A stretch of 64,000 nucleotides of DNA from a virus (taxonomy: Duplodnaviria > Caudoviricetes), in IMG/VR virus record IMGVR_UViG_3300046507_000447, positions 1,903 to 65,902 of that record; one strand, given 5' to 3'. The position numbers were made by a program, and so were the translations under genes. Under the pieces are notes generated by a model, which saw only the letters and a program-made list of their open reading frames with translations, was not told the origin of the DNA and made no database searches. Within the stretch, counting starts at the first letter, position 1. Every line of letters begins with the position of its first letter. Shown piece after piece: positions 36,212-44,939 of the stretch.

Positions 36212-36415
36212 TCATGCGCTCCAATTCTGGCATTTGCGGCAAGAGCTATAAACGCCGCCCATACCGGCCATTGCGTATTCCGAAATCAGGCGGGAGACTT
36301 CGCGACGCATATCGCGGGCGCTGGCAAAGTCCGCACGGTCTAATTCGTCAACCGTCTCGCGTCCTTGCGGGCCTTTCCAATTCAAATAAATCACGGTCAT
36401 TTTCTTGCGCTCCAA
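36212..36415 (-). CDS. Hypothetical early protein
   Basis: ETVDE...EY.MA....Y.S.R.C..W motif. Confidence 0.6.
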   Translation of the reverse strand: MERKKMTVIYLNWKGPQGRETVDELDRADFASARDMRREVSRLISEYAMAGMGGVYSSCRKCQNWSA

Positions 36416-36456
36416 TTCGCAATAGTTAGCCGTTTGGCTAAACTTCCTGGGAAGGT

Positions 36457-37929
36457 TTAGGCGTGTGCCGTCGTGTCGGCGGGTTCAATGTTCAACAGGT
36501 CCAGTTCGCCCGCGAGTCGCGCGCATTCGTTCCACGAAAACTTGTGGCAACCGGCCGTAAAGTCCCCATTGGGCTCGATAAGATCCACCTGGAAGTGGCC
36601 CACGCGGAGCGTCGCTCCGTTGCGCTTCCAGCTTTTGCCCGTGTCATGGCAAAGCTTGACGAAACGAAAGACCTTGATCGCGTCTTTCAGTGGCACGGTT
36701 GCGCCCTGGGATGTTTCCAGATTATCGCCGCGAACGCGCACAAGCGCGTTGCCCTTTTCATCGGCAAGGCGAACGTAGCGCAAATCAGAGTCCGTGCTAC
36801 CGGCTAACCAACGCTCGCGTTGTGTGCGTTCTTTTTCCATCCGCACGCGGTTTTCTTCGCGGATCCGCGCGTCTAGTTCTTCCGCGAATTCCCGCCCGAT
36901 CTGGACAAGCTTAGTGAGCAGTTCGCCGCGAATAAAACGGATTCCATCCATGTCGCGGAGCGCTGAAATCGCCCGCTGCAAATTGTGCTTTTCCAGGCCC
37001 ACAAAATCGGTTCCGTGGGCCTTGTCGATCACGGCGCGCAAGGCCAATTTGTTGTTCCGGAAAGCATGCAAGGCGCGATGACGGGCGGCGCGCTCGACAT
37101 AGTGAGCTGCATCCTCTTTCAGCTTTTTGTGACGCGCGGCGAGCACGGCTTGAAGCTTCTTAGGCAGGGTTTTGCCGTTGCGCTTGTAGCGATGATATTC
37201 GAGTGCAATGCGCTTCATGACGTCGGCAACGTCTTCGCGACGACTTTTCAGCCACAACGGGTTTTCGAGCTGTCGCGCGACATGTTCGGCAAGTTGGGTA
37301 TCGGAAATGGTCGCTGCGTTGCGCGCCTCTCTCAAGAGTTGTTCTGCCGCGTTCTTCTTGCCTAGCGCCGCTGCCTTGGCTTGCGCCGTCTCCGCGTCTC
37401 GATACCACTTCACAACGGAGCGCGTTTTGCCGGTAATCGCGGCGAAAAATACGGCAGTTTCAGGGTTCAGACTGAGAATGTGTTTGACCGTGAAAGCGTC
37501 AATCTGAGCCTTGAACCGGTCAGCAACTTCCGTTGTGATGTCATGGGAAAGCCGATGCAACGGCATGGTGATCGAAGTCAGATCGGGAACCGACAACGTA
37601 CGCCCGTGGACGGCATGGCGCGCGTGGCTTTTGTGCTTGCCGGTGGACGTGGAATAGCCGTTCGAATTGAGCAGATAAACGCGCCCTTCCGTCGTCTCGA
37701 CAATGGTTCCCAGGGCGAAATGTGTGCCATAGCTATAGAGCGTGCCATTGGCAAAGCTCATGCGATCGTCGCTTGAACGACCTTCGATAATTTCATTCTG
37801 AGCCCAGACGTGAGCCGTGTTTGAGTGGTCGCCGAAAACGTATCGGCGCCCTTGTTCCCGGTTTGCGGCAATGAGCGTGACCTTGGCGGGTTGCGCGGCG
37901 ATCTGGATTTTAAGAGCTTCGATAGACAT
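36457..37929 (-). CDS. Large early protein of unknown function, 490 aa
   Basis: Long ORF; AHVWA...LYSYG.HF N-terminus and ETSQGA.VP...AGCH C-terminus. Confidence 0.8.
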   Translation of the reverse strand: MSIEALKIQIAAQPAKVTLIAANREQGRRYVFGDHSNTAHVWAQNEIIEGRSSDDRMSFANGTLYSYGTHFALGTIVETTEGRVYLLNSNGYSTSTGKHKSHARHAVHGRTLSVPDLTSITMPLHRLSHDITTEVADRFKAQIDAFTVKHILSLNPETAVFFAAITGKTRSVVKWYRDAETAQAKAAALGKKNAAEQLLREARNAATISDTQLAEHVARQLENPLWLKSRREDVADVMKRIALEYHRYKRNGKTLPKKLQAVLAARHKKLKEDAAHYVERAARHRALHAFRNNKLALRAVIDKAHGTDFVGLEKHNLQRAISALRDMDGIRFIRGELLTKLVQIGREFAEELDARIREENRVRMEKERTQRERWLAGSTDSDLRYVRLADEKGNALVRVRGDNLETSQGATVPLKDAIKVFRFVKLCHDTGKSWKRNGATLRVGHFQVDLIEPNGDFTAGCHKFSWNECARLAGELDLLNIEPADTTAHA

Positions 37930-37958
37930 GGTTTTGACCTTTCAGGGGATAGGGGGTT

Positions 37959-38159
37959 TCAGGCGAGCGCGGCGCGGAGCTTGTCGAGCACGGTAAACGG
38001 GACTTCGTAATAATCTTCCCACGAGTCTTCCGCGTCTCCGGAAGCAAGAACCATTCGACTGCCTTGCCGGATATCGGTTGCGCCGAAAGCTTCGAGCATG
38101 GCTTTGTTGTCCGCCCATTTCACAACGGCTTCAGGATCAACCGGCGTAAGCTTGTTCAT
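37959..38159 (-). CDS. Hypothetical early protein
   Basis: ATGA coupling. Confidence 0.55.
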   Translation of the reverse strand: MNKLTPVDPEAVVKWADNKAMLEAFGATDIRQGSRMVLASGDAEDSWEDYYEVPFTVLDKLRAALA

Positions 38160-38347
38160 CGCACGGTCCGCCTTTTCATCACGATAGACGTGCTGTCGGC
38201 AACCATATCGGCTAGGAGAATAGCGTTTGGTGTCCCCAACTTCTCAAGCGCGGAAGCGATCAAGGCGATGTCATCGCGCTCCAATTCCAGCTTTTGCGTC
38301 CTGACGCGACGTTCCGGGTTGTATGTCTGCGAAGAATTATTAGCCAT
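38156..38347 (-). CDS. Hypothetical early protein
   Basis: AAGGAG RBS. Confidence 0.55.
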   Translation of the reverse strand: MANNSSQTYNPERRVRTQKLELERDDIALIASALEKLGTPNAILLADMVADSTSIVMKRRTVR

Positions 38348-39278
38348 CGTCCGACTCCTTGGAAATCTTCACTTCGCCGATGAATTTCCCGCAATCGGAA
38401 TAGATCGCGGCGGCGGGAATGCCGTTCGTTTCGAAGTCAGTCGCAACGCGGCGCAACACGGCTCCAATCTCCGTTGCAGGCGAGGCCCAGTTTTCGAGCG
38501 TGGCAAAGCTCACTTCGATATGTTCCACGTCGGCAAACGCTTCCGCGCGTTCGTCGCGCTCCTTGATCGTCATAGGCGTTTCCAGAGACGACAAATCGGC
38601 AATGAGGATCGAGCCATCGGCAAGCCCTTCGAACGTGCTGTCGCGCCCGATGCAATCAATCGCTTCCGCCATGTTGGCGAAATGGGGCCTGGTAGTTTCA
38701 ACAGGTTCAACGGCGGCAACCGGCTCTTTCGGCACATAGCTGGCATAGGGCGCGGTATAGCCGTAACGGATCTGCATCCGCGCCTTGGCTGCATAGTCGT
38801 GCCATGCGGAACCGTTCATCGGCTCATTGTACTTGAGACACATTGCAGCGGCGAAATTGGAAGCGGTTGCAGATTGGACTCCCAATGATCCAGCGGCTTC
38901 ATTGTGAAAATTCTTTAGCGACACATACCGATATCCAGCGCGCGCGCCCAGAGTGCGAGCCGCGTTCAACACGAGGCCGAACACGTCACAATAGATCTCG
39001 ATTGCCCGTTCCTGGATGTCGGCGCGTTGCCCAGCGGCAAGCGTGCGCGTTGCGTGGCCGAACTGGACCTTGACGCGGTTAGACACGGCAACGTCAATCG
39101 ATCGGTCGAAATACTGAAAGACCGTCGCATAATAGGTCCGCGACTTCGCCCAATCGAAAAACTCGATATCGAAGGTGAACATGGTCTTTGAGCCGTCCTG
39201 TTTCTGAGTGCGCGCGACGACGCCTTTCAGATCGGTTTGCAGCATGATTTTGAATGCTTCGTTGCTGTAATCGGTCAT
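38340..39278 (-). CDS. Hypothetical early protein
   Basis: Probable start MTDYSNEAF; the upstream extension overlaps other genes. Confidence 0.65.
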   Translation of the reverse strand: MTDYSNEAFKIMLQTDLKGVVARTQKQDGSKTMFTFDIEFFDWAKSRTYYATVFQYFDRSIDVAVSNRVKVQFGHATRTLAAGQRADIQERAIEIYCDVFGLVLNAARTLGARAGYRYVSLKNFHNEAAGSLGVQSATASNFAAAMCLKYNEPMNGSAWHDYAAKARMQIRYGYTAPYASYVPKEPVAAVEPVETTRPHFANMAEAIDCIGRDSTFEGLADGSILIADLSSLETPMTIKERDERAEAFADVEHIEVSFATLENWASPATEIGAVLRRVATDFETNGIPAAAIYSDCGKFIGEVKISKESDDG

Positions 39279-39283
39279 GGGGA

Positions 39284-39466
39284 TCAACCTTTGTTGGTGA
39301 TGCAGAATGAGAGGGAAAGCTTGCCGATGCGGACGAACGTCAAGCCGCCGACCTTGCGTACAGAGAAGCGGGGGAGACGCGGCATGCGGACGGAAGGGCG
39401 TTCGGCGATAGCCATGGCGCTTGCCATCAACAGGGGCGCGGAGAAGGTGGCGAGGGCGATAGACAT
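39284..39466 (-). CDS. Small hypothetical protein
   Basis: GGGGAG RBS; RKVGGLTFVRIGKLSLSFC. Confidence 0.5.
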   Translation of the reverse strand: MSIALATFSAPLLMASAMAIAERPSVRMPRLPRFSVRKVGGLTFVRIGKLSLSFCITNKG

Positions 39467-39480
39467 GGTCCGATCTCCCC

Positions 39481-39720
39481 TTAGTTGGCCTGGACGCAAT
39501 AAGCGCCCTGGACAAGCTCGCTGGCATAGGTGGCTGTATTCATGCCTTCCATGCAATCGTCAAAGGTAAGGTCATAGTCGAGCGTCTGGATATCGCCGTT
39601 GTTATCGACCCAATCAAGGTTGTAGGTCGTATCGTCTGCCATGACCTGCGAGGCCATGTAGGCCATGCCAGAGAGGGCAAGGGTAGCAGACATGATAGTC
39701 GTCATAATCAAGGTACGCAT
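39481..39720 (-). CDS. Small exported protein, first early gene
   Basis: Signal-peptide-like N-terminus, GGAG RBS, LTFDDC. Confidence 0.55.
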   Translation of the reverse strand: MRTLIMTTIMSATLALSGMAYMASQVMADDTTYNLDWVDNNGDIQTLDYDLTFDDCMEGMNTATYASELVQGAYCVQAN

Positions 39721-40158
39721 GAGCTAGCTCCAATAGCTGTTGCAACCCCCTATATGGGGAGCCCTTGTCTTAGGCCTTTGTCAATGTGATTGCAACCGTA
39801 ATCAGTGATCAATGGTAAACAAAGTTGCAAGCGCTCGTGCTTGCCGTACCCATGCCGAATGGCGCTCAGAGTCTAGCGAATAGAGGGGCTTAACCCCTAC
39901 TCCCTGGTAGCGCTTGTTTAGGGCTTTACGTGAATTCGTTTTAGCTAATGCAACCATGTCCACCCATGGCCGGTCGCCGGTATGGGGGTATGACCTATGC
40001 AAGGCGTGCATGTCCTATAGGGGTATGAGCGTATGCCGGTATGGCCATGTAACGCTATAACATCAATACGTTAGGCCTACTAATAGAGGTCATGAGCACG
40101 AGTAGAGGCAAGCGAGGGGCGAATGACGCACAGACGCGAGGTTGACCAGTGGTCGCTT

Positions 40159-40208
40159 GGGTCCCTCCCCTAGGTTGCAGGCTGACAGGGGGGCGCGGAG
40201 CCCTCGGT
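40159..40208 (+). other. Candidate cos site (cosQ-like GGGTCCC plus 12-nt cosN GGGGCGCGGAGC)
   Basis: 40190-40201 matches the Chi cohesive end as I recall it (GGTGCGCAGAGC) at 10/12; AGG/CCT flanks; same position relative to primase as in Chi. Confidence 0.65.
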
Positions 40209-40253
40209 CGTCCACTCGATTCCGGATTTTCCCAGGCCCCGACAGCCGTTATT

Positions 40254-40880
40254 GTTACCCATATGGGTAACTATACTCGGTACATATTCGACCAGGATAT
40301 CCTTTTGCCCCCAGGGTAACGTAATAACGTAACAATGTGAGGAAACACTGAAATACCGGGGCTAAATGACCTCGATTTGCGGATTTGCCGTTTTCCGGGT
40401 TTTCTGGGTAAATCGACAGTCATCACCCGTAATCGTCACTGTTACCGGTAATCGTCAATGTTACGGGTGTGAGGGGTGTGACGACCGTGACAGCCCCTAT
40501 TTTAGCTTGTCTTATGAAAAACCTAATGATTTCAATATGTAAGACCCCCTAAGACAGGTGAGACAGCTATTCTATATAAAGGAATATTTTAGAAACCATA
40601 ATAAAGAGCGCGACCTGTATACGTAAGCATTACCAGCACACGTAAACATTACGAGCACGCGAGGCACGAGGCCAAGCGGTGGGCATAAGGCGTGCGTAGC
40701 GCGTAGCGCCAATATACTTTAGGGAAAAGCTTGACTTCTGTCTCACTGGCTCAGCGGTATGAAAAACCCAGGATTCCCAGGGCCTTCGGCCTGAGACCCA
40801 CGGTGAGACAAGATTTAGCCCGTCTCAGCAGGAATCAAGAAGGCCGGGTTTCCCCGGCCATTCTAACGTTTACCCGTAAT
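40254..40880. repeat. Repeat-rich non-coding region (cosB and/or replication origin candidate)
   Basis: 18-bp palindrome 40254-40271; 19-bp tandem pairs at 40429-40466 and 40621-40658; TGAGAC/GTCTCA repeats; AT-rich core. Confidence 0.6.
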
Positions 40881-40895
40881 GATCCCGCGTGCTCG

Positions 40896-43787
40896 TCACA
40901 CCACGTCGAAGTCATCTTCGGCGTCATCGCCCTGATAAATCGAGTATCCCTTGAGAATGTCGGCGTGTATGGCGCTTTCGCGGACGACCCAACGCCGCTG
41001 GGGCGATCCCATGATCCGGCGACGATTATCGCTGTTCTGAACGTCGCGGCCCCAACCGGGCAGCATTTGCATGGCCTTGCCGATGTTTTGGGTCGTTGCC
41101 GCGTCGGTGACGACGCCGTGCTGTTTATTGAGCGCGTGCTTGATAGCCTGCTCGCGGGTGAAGACGGTTCGCAGGACGAGCGTGTCATCATCCACGCCGT
41201 CGGCCAGATGCTCGCCGAACTGCGCGTGAACGACCGCGCCGATCTCCTGGGCGAACTGCGTGAAGGTGATCGGGGTTTCCAGCCATTCGAGGATAGCCTG
41301 CGCCCAGATCTCGTAGGTTTCTTCGGTTCGAGCCTCGCCTTGTAGCCGCAGGGCCTCGGCCTGGGCCGCAGAACCTTGAAGCGTGAGCGGCAGGGTCTCG
41401 TTGGGAAACTGGTCGCGCAGCTCGAAATAGGCGTGGACGGCCTCGGCCCAGATCTGATCGCGCTCAGCGTTGATCCCCTGGATATCTATGTACTCGCGAC
41501 GCTTTGTGACGACCGGCCAGTAGGAACGGTTGCCGGTGGGATCCTTGAGGTACTTTTTGTCGTTCGTCGTGCCCCAGCAGACGCAGACGCGAGGAAACTC
41601 GCTGACGCGGCGATCGTAGGCCATGCGGACGTCGTCCACGGTTCTGCGCATGAACGCCTTGGCCGAGTTGTGGTCCGACTTGTGGAAACCGGACAATTCC
41701 GGAAGCTCGATCCCCCATTTGCCGGTGATCTCTTCGGCGACGCGCTGTTTCTCGTCCAGCTTGGCGGAAAGCTCGCCGAACCAGTCTTCCGAATAGAGCG
41801 CCATGATCAGCCAGGACTTACCGATGCCGGTCCAGCCCTCCAGGATCGGGGCGTAGTCGAACTTGTGGCCGGGTTCGAAGATCCGCGTCACGCTGGCGAC
41901 GATCGTCAACCGAGAAACCTGCCGGTGATAATCGTTGTCTTCCAGGTCGAGGTATCGGATCAAGAACGTGTCCAGGCGCGGCTTGCCATCCCACTTTTGG
42001 GTGAGCAGGTAGTCGCGGATCGGATGGAACGGCGTGATGCGGGCCGCCAGCTCGATCCCGTCGATCAGGTCGGCTTTCGTCGGCCGCATGCCATAGCCCT
42101 GGAGCTTCTCGGCGTTGTGCGGGCTCTCCAGGACGGCGCGAACCGTCATGTCGTGGTGATCCTGCCAACGGTCGCCGTTCTTCTTATCGCGGACGATGAC
42201 ATTCGGCGCAGTCGTTATGCGCGGCCTGATATCGCGGGCGATGACGACGTTCTTGTCGAATTCGTTGAAACGGATCGCGTTGATGAGGCGGGGGTCGTTC
42301 TGGATGATTGTCGCCACATTGTGCAGCGTCGATTTGATCTCGGCGTTCTCGGTAAACTGGAGATCGCCTAGGAACCAGTTTTCGCGCGGCGTGCGCTTCT
42401 CGGATGGCTTCGGCCGGCCACCCACGGTCTTGGATCGTGGAGGGGCTTCAGTTTTGGCAGAGGGCGCATCTGGTTGCTCCGGTTCAACTTCTGCGAATAG
42501 TCCATCGCCATCACCAGATCCGTCGTCGGCGGAACCGGTATCAGCCCCGCCTCCAGATCGACTATCATCGTCTCCCGGCCGTTCATCGTCACTATCGCCG
42601 CTGTCACGCCCTGAAGCGTGTAGATCCGCATTGTCGTCGCCATCTGTGAACTCCTGGGCCTCTACGCCCGCGTCCTCGAACATGGACCCGACCTCGAACT
42701 TTTCCGAGACGCGGGTCTTCGCATATTCCTTGTCGGTCTTCAGCAGATCGACCAGGGCCTTATAGGACGGCATGTCCGTCGGCGTCATGCCCTCCTTCGC
42801 CTTGCTGTCGCTTTCACCGAAAAGGTGGACGCGGACGAGGTCGAAGGCGTTGACGTTCATATCGCAGATCGGGTCATGCCCGTGGTGCGAATACATGAAC
42901 ATGCCGTTGTCATAGACGATCGCGCCGTTCGAGCTGGTCGAGCCCGCATAGGTGTAACGCGGGTGCCCGGAATTCTCGTCGCCAGGGATGTAGACGCCAG
43001 GAAGGAATTTCTCCATCGCGTCGAAGATGTCGTAGGTTCGGCAGAAGACGCCGACCGGCCCGCGCTTCGAACGCGGATCCTCGGCCTTGTCAGCGCGTTT
43101 GCGCAGATCTTCGTTCGGATGCTTCGGCAGGTTGGCGAAATTGCGCCAGTCGCCGAATATGGCCTCGAACTCGGCCAGGATCGCGTCGGGGTCGAGGAGC
43201 GCGCCGAACTGCTCGTAGGCGAAAAAGATCTTGCGATCGTTCTTTGAGCACGAGGGCTTGAACATCATCTGCGCGCCGCGATAGGAGACGACGTCCACGA
43301 GGTTCATTTCGTGGTCGAGCTTCCAACCGATGAAGCGGACAATGGCCGTGTACTCGTCAACGTCCACCTTGCGCTTCATCGGCATGAACAGACGAACGCG
43401 GGGCTCTTCGACCGTGTGCCGGCGAGACGAATGCCAGAAGGCCTCATATTGGCTGATCGGCGTCAGACCCAGCTCGATCTCGTCCAGGATCGAGGCCGGC
43501 GCGTAATCGACGTCGATCGTCAGCATATCGCGCGGCAGGACGTTGCGGAGCGACCGATGGCCGTCTTTGCACTGTGCGCCCGAGATCCAACCGTTAACGG
43601 CCTTGAGCTTGTCCTGCTCGTCTTTCGGCATGCGGTCGAACTGCTGCCGCGACTCCATGGTCACGGCCGGCTCTTTCAGGATCTTCTTGAGGGAGGACCA
43701 GGACTCCGTCCGGTTCTTCGACTTGGCGAGGTTGTTGCCCCGGCCCTCGGCCCAGCCGACGACATATTGCTCAAATTTGCCTTGCAT
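40896..43787 (-). CDS. DNA primase-helicase (VirE-like C-terminal ATPase)
   Basis: N-terminal D.D and HS.R.H....PR.R; YSHH..DP; PG.KFD..PILEG..G.GKS Walker A; TTN...YL.DPTGNR.YWPV. Confidence 0.92.
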   Translation of the reverse strand: MQGKFEQYVVGWAEGRGNNLAKSKNRTESWSSLKKILKEPAVTMESRQQFDRMPKDEQDKLKAVNGWISGAQCKDGHRSLRNVLPRDMLTIDVDYAPASILDEIELGLTPISQYEAFWHSSRRHTVEEPRVRLFMPMKRKVDVDEYTAIVRFIGWKLDHEMNLVDVVSYRGAQMMFKPSCSKNDRKIFFAYEQFGALLDPDAILAEFEAIFGDWRNFANLPKHPNEDLRKRADKAEDPRSKRGPVGVFCRTYDIFDAMEKFLPGVYIPGDENSGHPRYTYAGSTSSNGAIVYDNGMFMYSHHGHDPICDMNVNAFDLVRVHLFGESDSKAKEGMTPTDMPSYKALVDLLKTDKEYAKTRVSEKFEVGSMFEDAGVEAQEFTDGDDNADLHASGRDSGDSDDERPGDDDSRSGGGADTGSADDGSGDGDGLFAEVEPEQPDAPSAKTEAPPRSKTVGGRPKPSEKRTPRENWFLGDLQFTENAEIKSTLHNVATIIQNDPRLINAIRFNEFDKNVVIARDIRPRITTAPNVIVRDKKNGDRWQDHHDMTVRAVLESPHNAEKLQGYGMRPTKADLIDGIELAARITPFHPIRDYLLTQKWDGKPRLDTFLIRYLDLEDNDYHRQVSRLTIVASVTRIFEPGHKFDYAPILEGWTGIGKSWLIMALYSEDWFGELSAKLDEKQRVAEEITGKWGIELPELSGFHKSDHNSAKAFMRRTVDDVRMAYDRRVSEFPRVCVCWGTTNDKKYLKDPTGNRSYWPVVTKRREYIDIQGINAERDQIWAEAVHAYFELRDQFPNETLPLTLQGSAAQAEALRLQGEARTEETYEIWAQAILEWLETPITFTQFAQEIGAVVHAQFGEHLADGVDDDTLVLRTVFTREQAIKHALNKQHGVVTDAATTQNIGKAMQMLPGWGRDVQNSDNRRRIMGSPQRRWVVRESAIHADILKGYSIYQGDDAEDDFDVV

Positions 43788-43790
43788 GGA

Positions 43791-44018
43791 TCAGACGCCC
43801 CGCGCCTGGAGGTCGTAGAGAAGAGCGCGCAGGTTTGCGATCGGGATCGTCCGATACTTGCCGCTCTTCCAATGGCGAACGAGATTGTAATCGACGCCCA
43901 TCAATTCGGAGAGGGCTTTGGACTTGATATGAAAATCTATCATGGTCGAGCGGAGAAGAGCTGTTCGGTATTCCGTGTCTTTCCACAGGGGGTCGTTTGC
44001 CGGCGCGACCGTCATCAT
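43791..44018 (-). CDS. HTH DNA-binding protein
   Basis: KALSELMGVDYNLVRHWKSGK..IP. Confidence 0.75.
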   Translation of the reverse strand: MMTVAPANDPLWKDTEYRTALLRSTMIDFHIKSKALSELMGVDYNLVRHWKSGKYRTIPIANLRALLYDLQARGV

Positions 44019-44072
44019 CGTCTAATACCTTCGGGCTAAAGTGTGACTATGACACTTTAGCTACTCGGGGAA

Positions 44073-44369
44073 TCAGTGGTCCGCAAGAGCCAAGCCGTAA
44101 ATATAGGGGGAAAACTGATCGATGGTCACGGTCGAACCCGGCAGGCCGCAGACCTTTTGCGCCTTGATTGGCGGAATTCTTCCCTTCTTTATCCACAGAT
44201 AAACTCCCCAATCGGACATGTTGAGGTGCTTCGACAGCATCTCGATCGACTTCACGCCGTCTGGATTGTGGATAACTTTGCCTTTTTCATTGATCGAGGA
44301 CGGCGGGCACGCCTCCAGAAGTAGGTCGTGAAACGGGCCAAGATCCCGGTTTCTCAGTATTTTCGACAT
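44073..44369 (-). CDS. Cro-like HTH regulator
   Basis: SIEMLSKHLNMSDWGVYLWIKKGRIPP. Confidence 0.75.
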   Translation of the reverse strand: MSKILRNRDLGPFHDLLLEACPPSSINEKGKVIHNPDGVKSIEMLSKHLNMSDWGVYLWIKKGRIPPIKAQKVCGLPGSTVTIDQFSPYIYGLALADH

Positions 44370-44405
44370 GCATTAGCTCCGATTTCTAAGTCAGAAATAC
44401 TCGCC

Positions 44406-44421
44406 CAACTGATAGTTGACA
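44406..44421. promoter_or_regulatory. CAACT-N3-AGTTG operator overlapping a TTGACA box in a divergent intergenic region
   Basis: CAACTGATAGTTGACA between the Cro-like gene and the replication operon. Confidence 0.6.
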
Positions 44422-44503
44422 AGAGCCGGTTTTCGATGCCACCAGTCTCCCCAGGCGACGGATCACCCGTAGCCTCCGACCAATTCCCCAAAAGGATTAT
44501 CTC

Positions 44504-44932
44504 ATGGCAACCACGGAAAATGTAGGGTTCGAAGCTGCGGCCCTGACGCTCGCGAAGGCGCTGGACGCTCACAGCAAAGCGCTGAACGATTTCGTCGCCA
44601 ACTCTGGCGGCAAGCCTTCGACCGGCTCGACGGCCGGCGCAGCAACCGGCACGGGCACCAAGGCGACAGGCGCGGGCACCAAGAAAAAGGGTCCGACGAT
44701 TGACGACATCCAGGCGGCTTTCGGCGACTACATGAAGGTCGGCGACGTCGAAGTCCGCAAGGAGCGCAAGGGGCACGTCGTCAACATTGCCGGCAAGTTC
44801 GGTGCGGAACGCGCGACGCTCATCGATCCGAAGCATTTCGAAGAAGCCCTTGCCCTGCTCAAGGCCTACCAGGACGGCGAGGATCCGTTCGCTGAAGACG
44901 GTGAAGCCGGCGAAGAAGAAAGCCCGGTCTAA
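44504..44932 (+). CDS. Hypothetical protein at the head of the replication operon
   Basis: AAGGA RBS; position before DUF2800. Confidence 0.75.
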   Translation: MATTENVGFEAAALTLAKALDAHSKALNDFVANSGGKPSTGSTAGAATGTGTKATGAGTKKKGPTIDDIQAAFGDYMKVGDVEVRKERKGHVVNIAGKFGAERATLIDPKHFEEALALLKAYQDGEDPFAEDGEAGEEESPV

Positions 44933-44939
44933 GCCACCC

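Noticed and set aside
39745-39786. Leftward early promoter TTGACA...CATATA
   Set aside because: Spacing is about 22 nt, too long for a sigma70 promoter; the true early promoter was not located
39802-40011. 69-aa ORF near the genome end (and 40731-41345 on +)
   Set aside because: No RBS or coding-like composition; they lie in the terminal non-coding region or antisense to the primase
43791-44369. Lysogeny switch or temperate lifestyle
   Set aside because: No integrase, ParA or CI-type peptidase repressor in the window; the Leu at the PolA 762-equivalent position is not sufficient evidence
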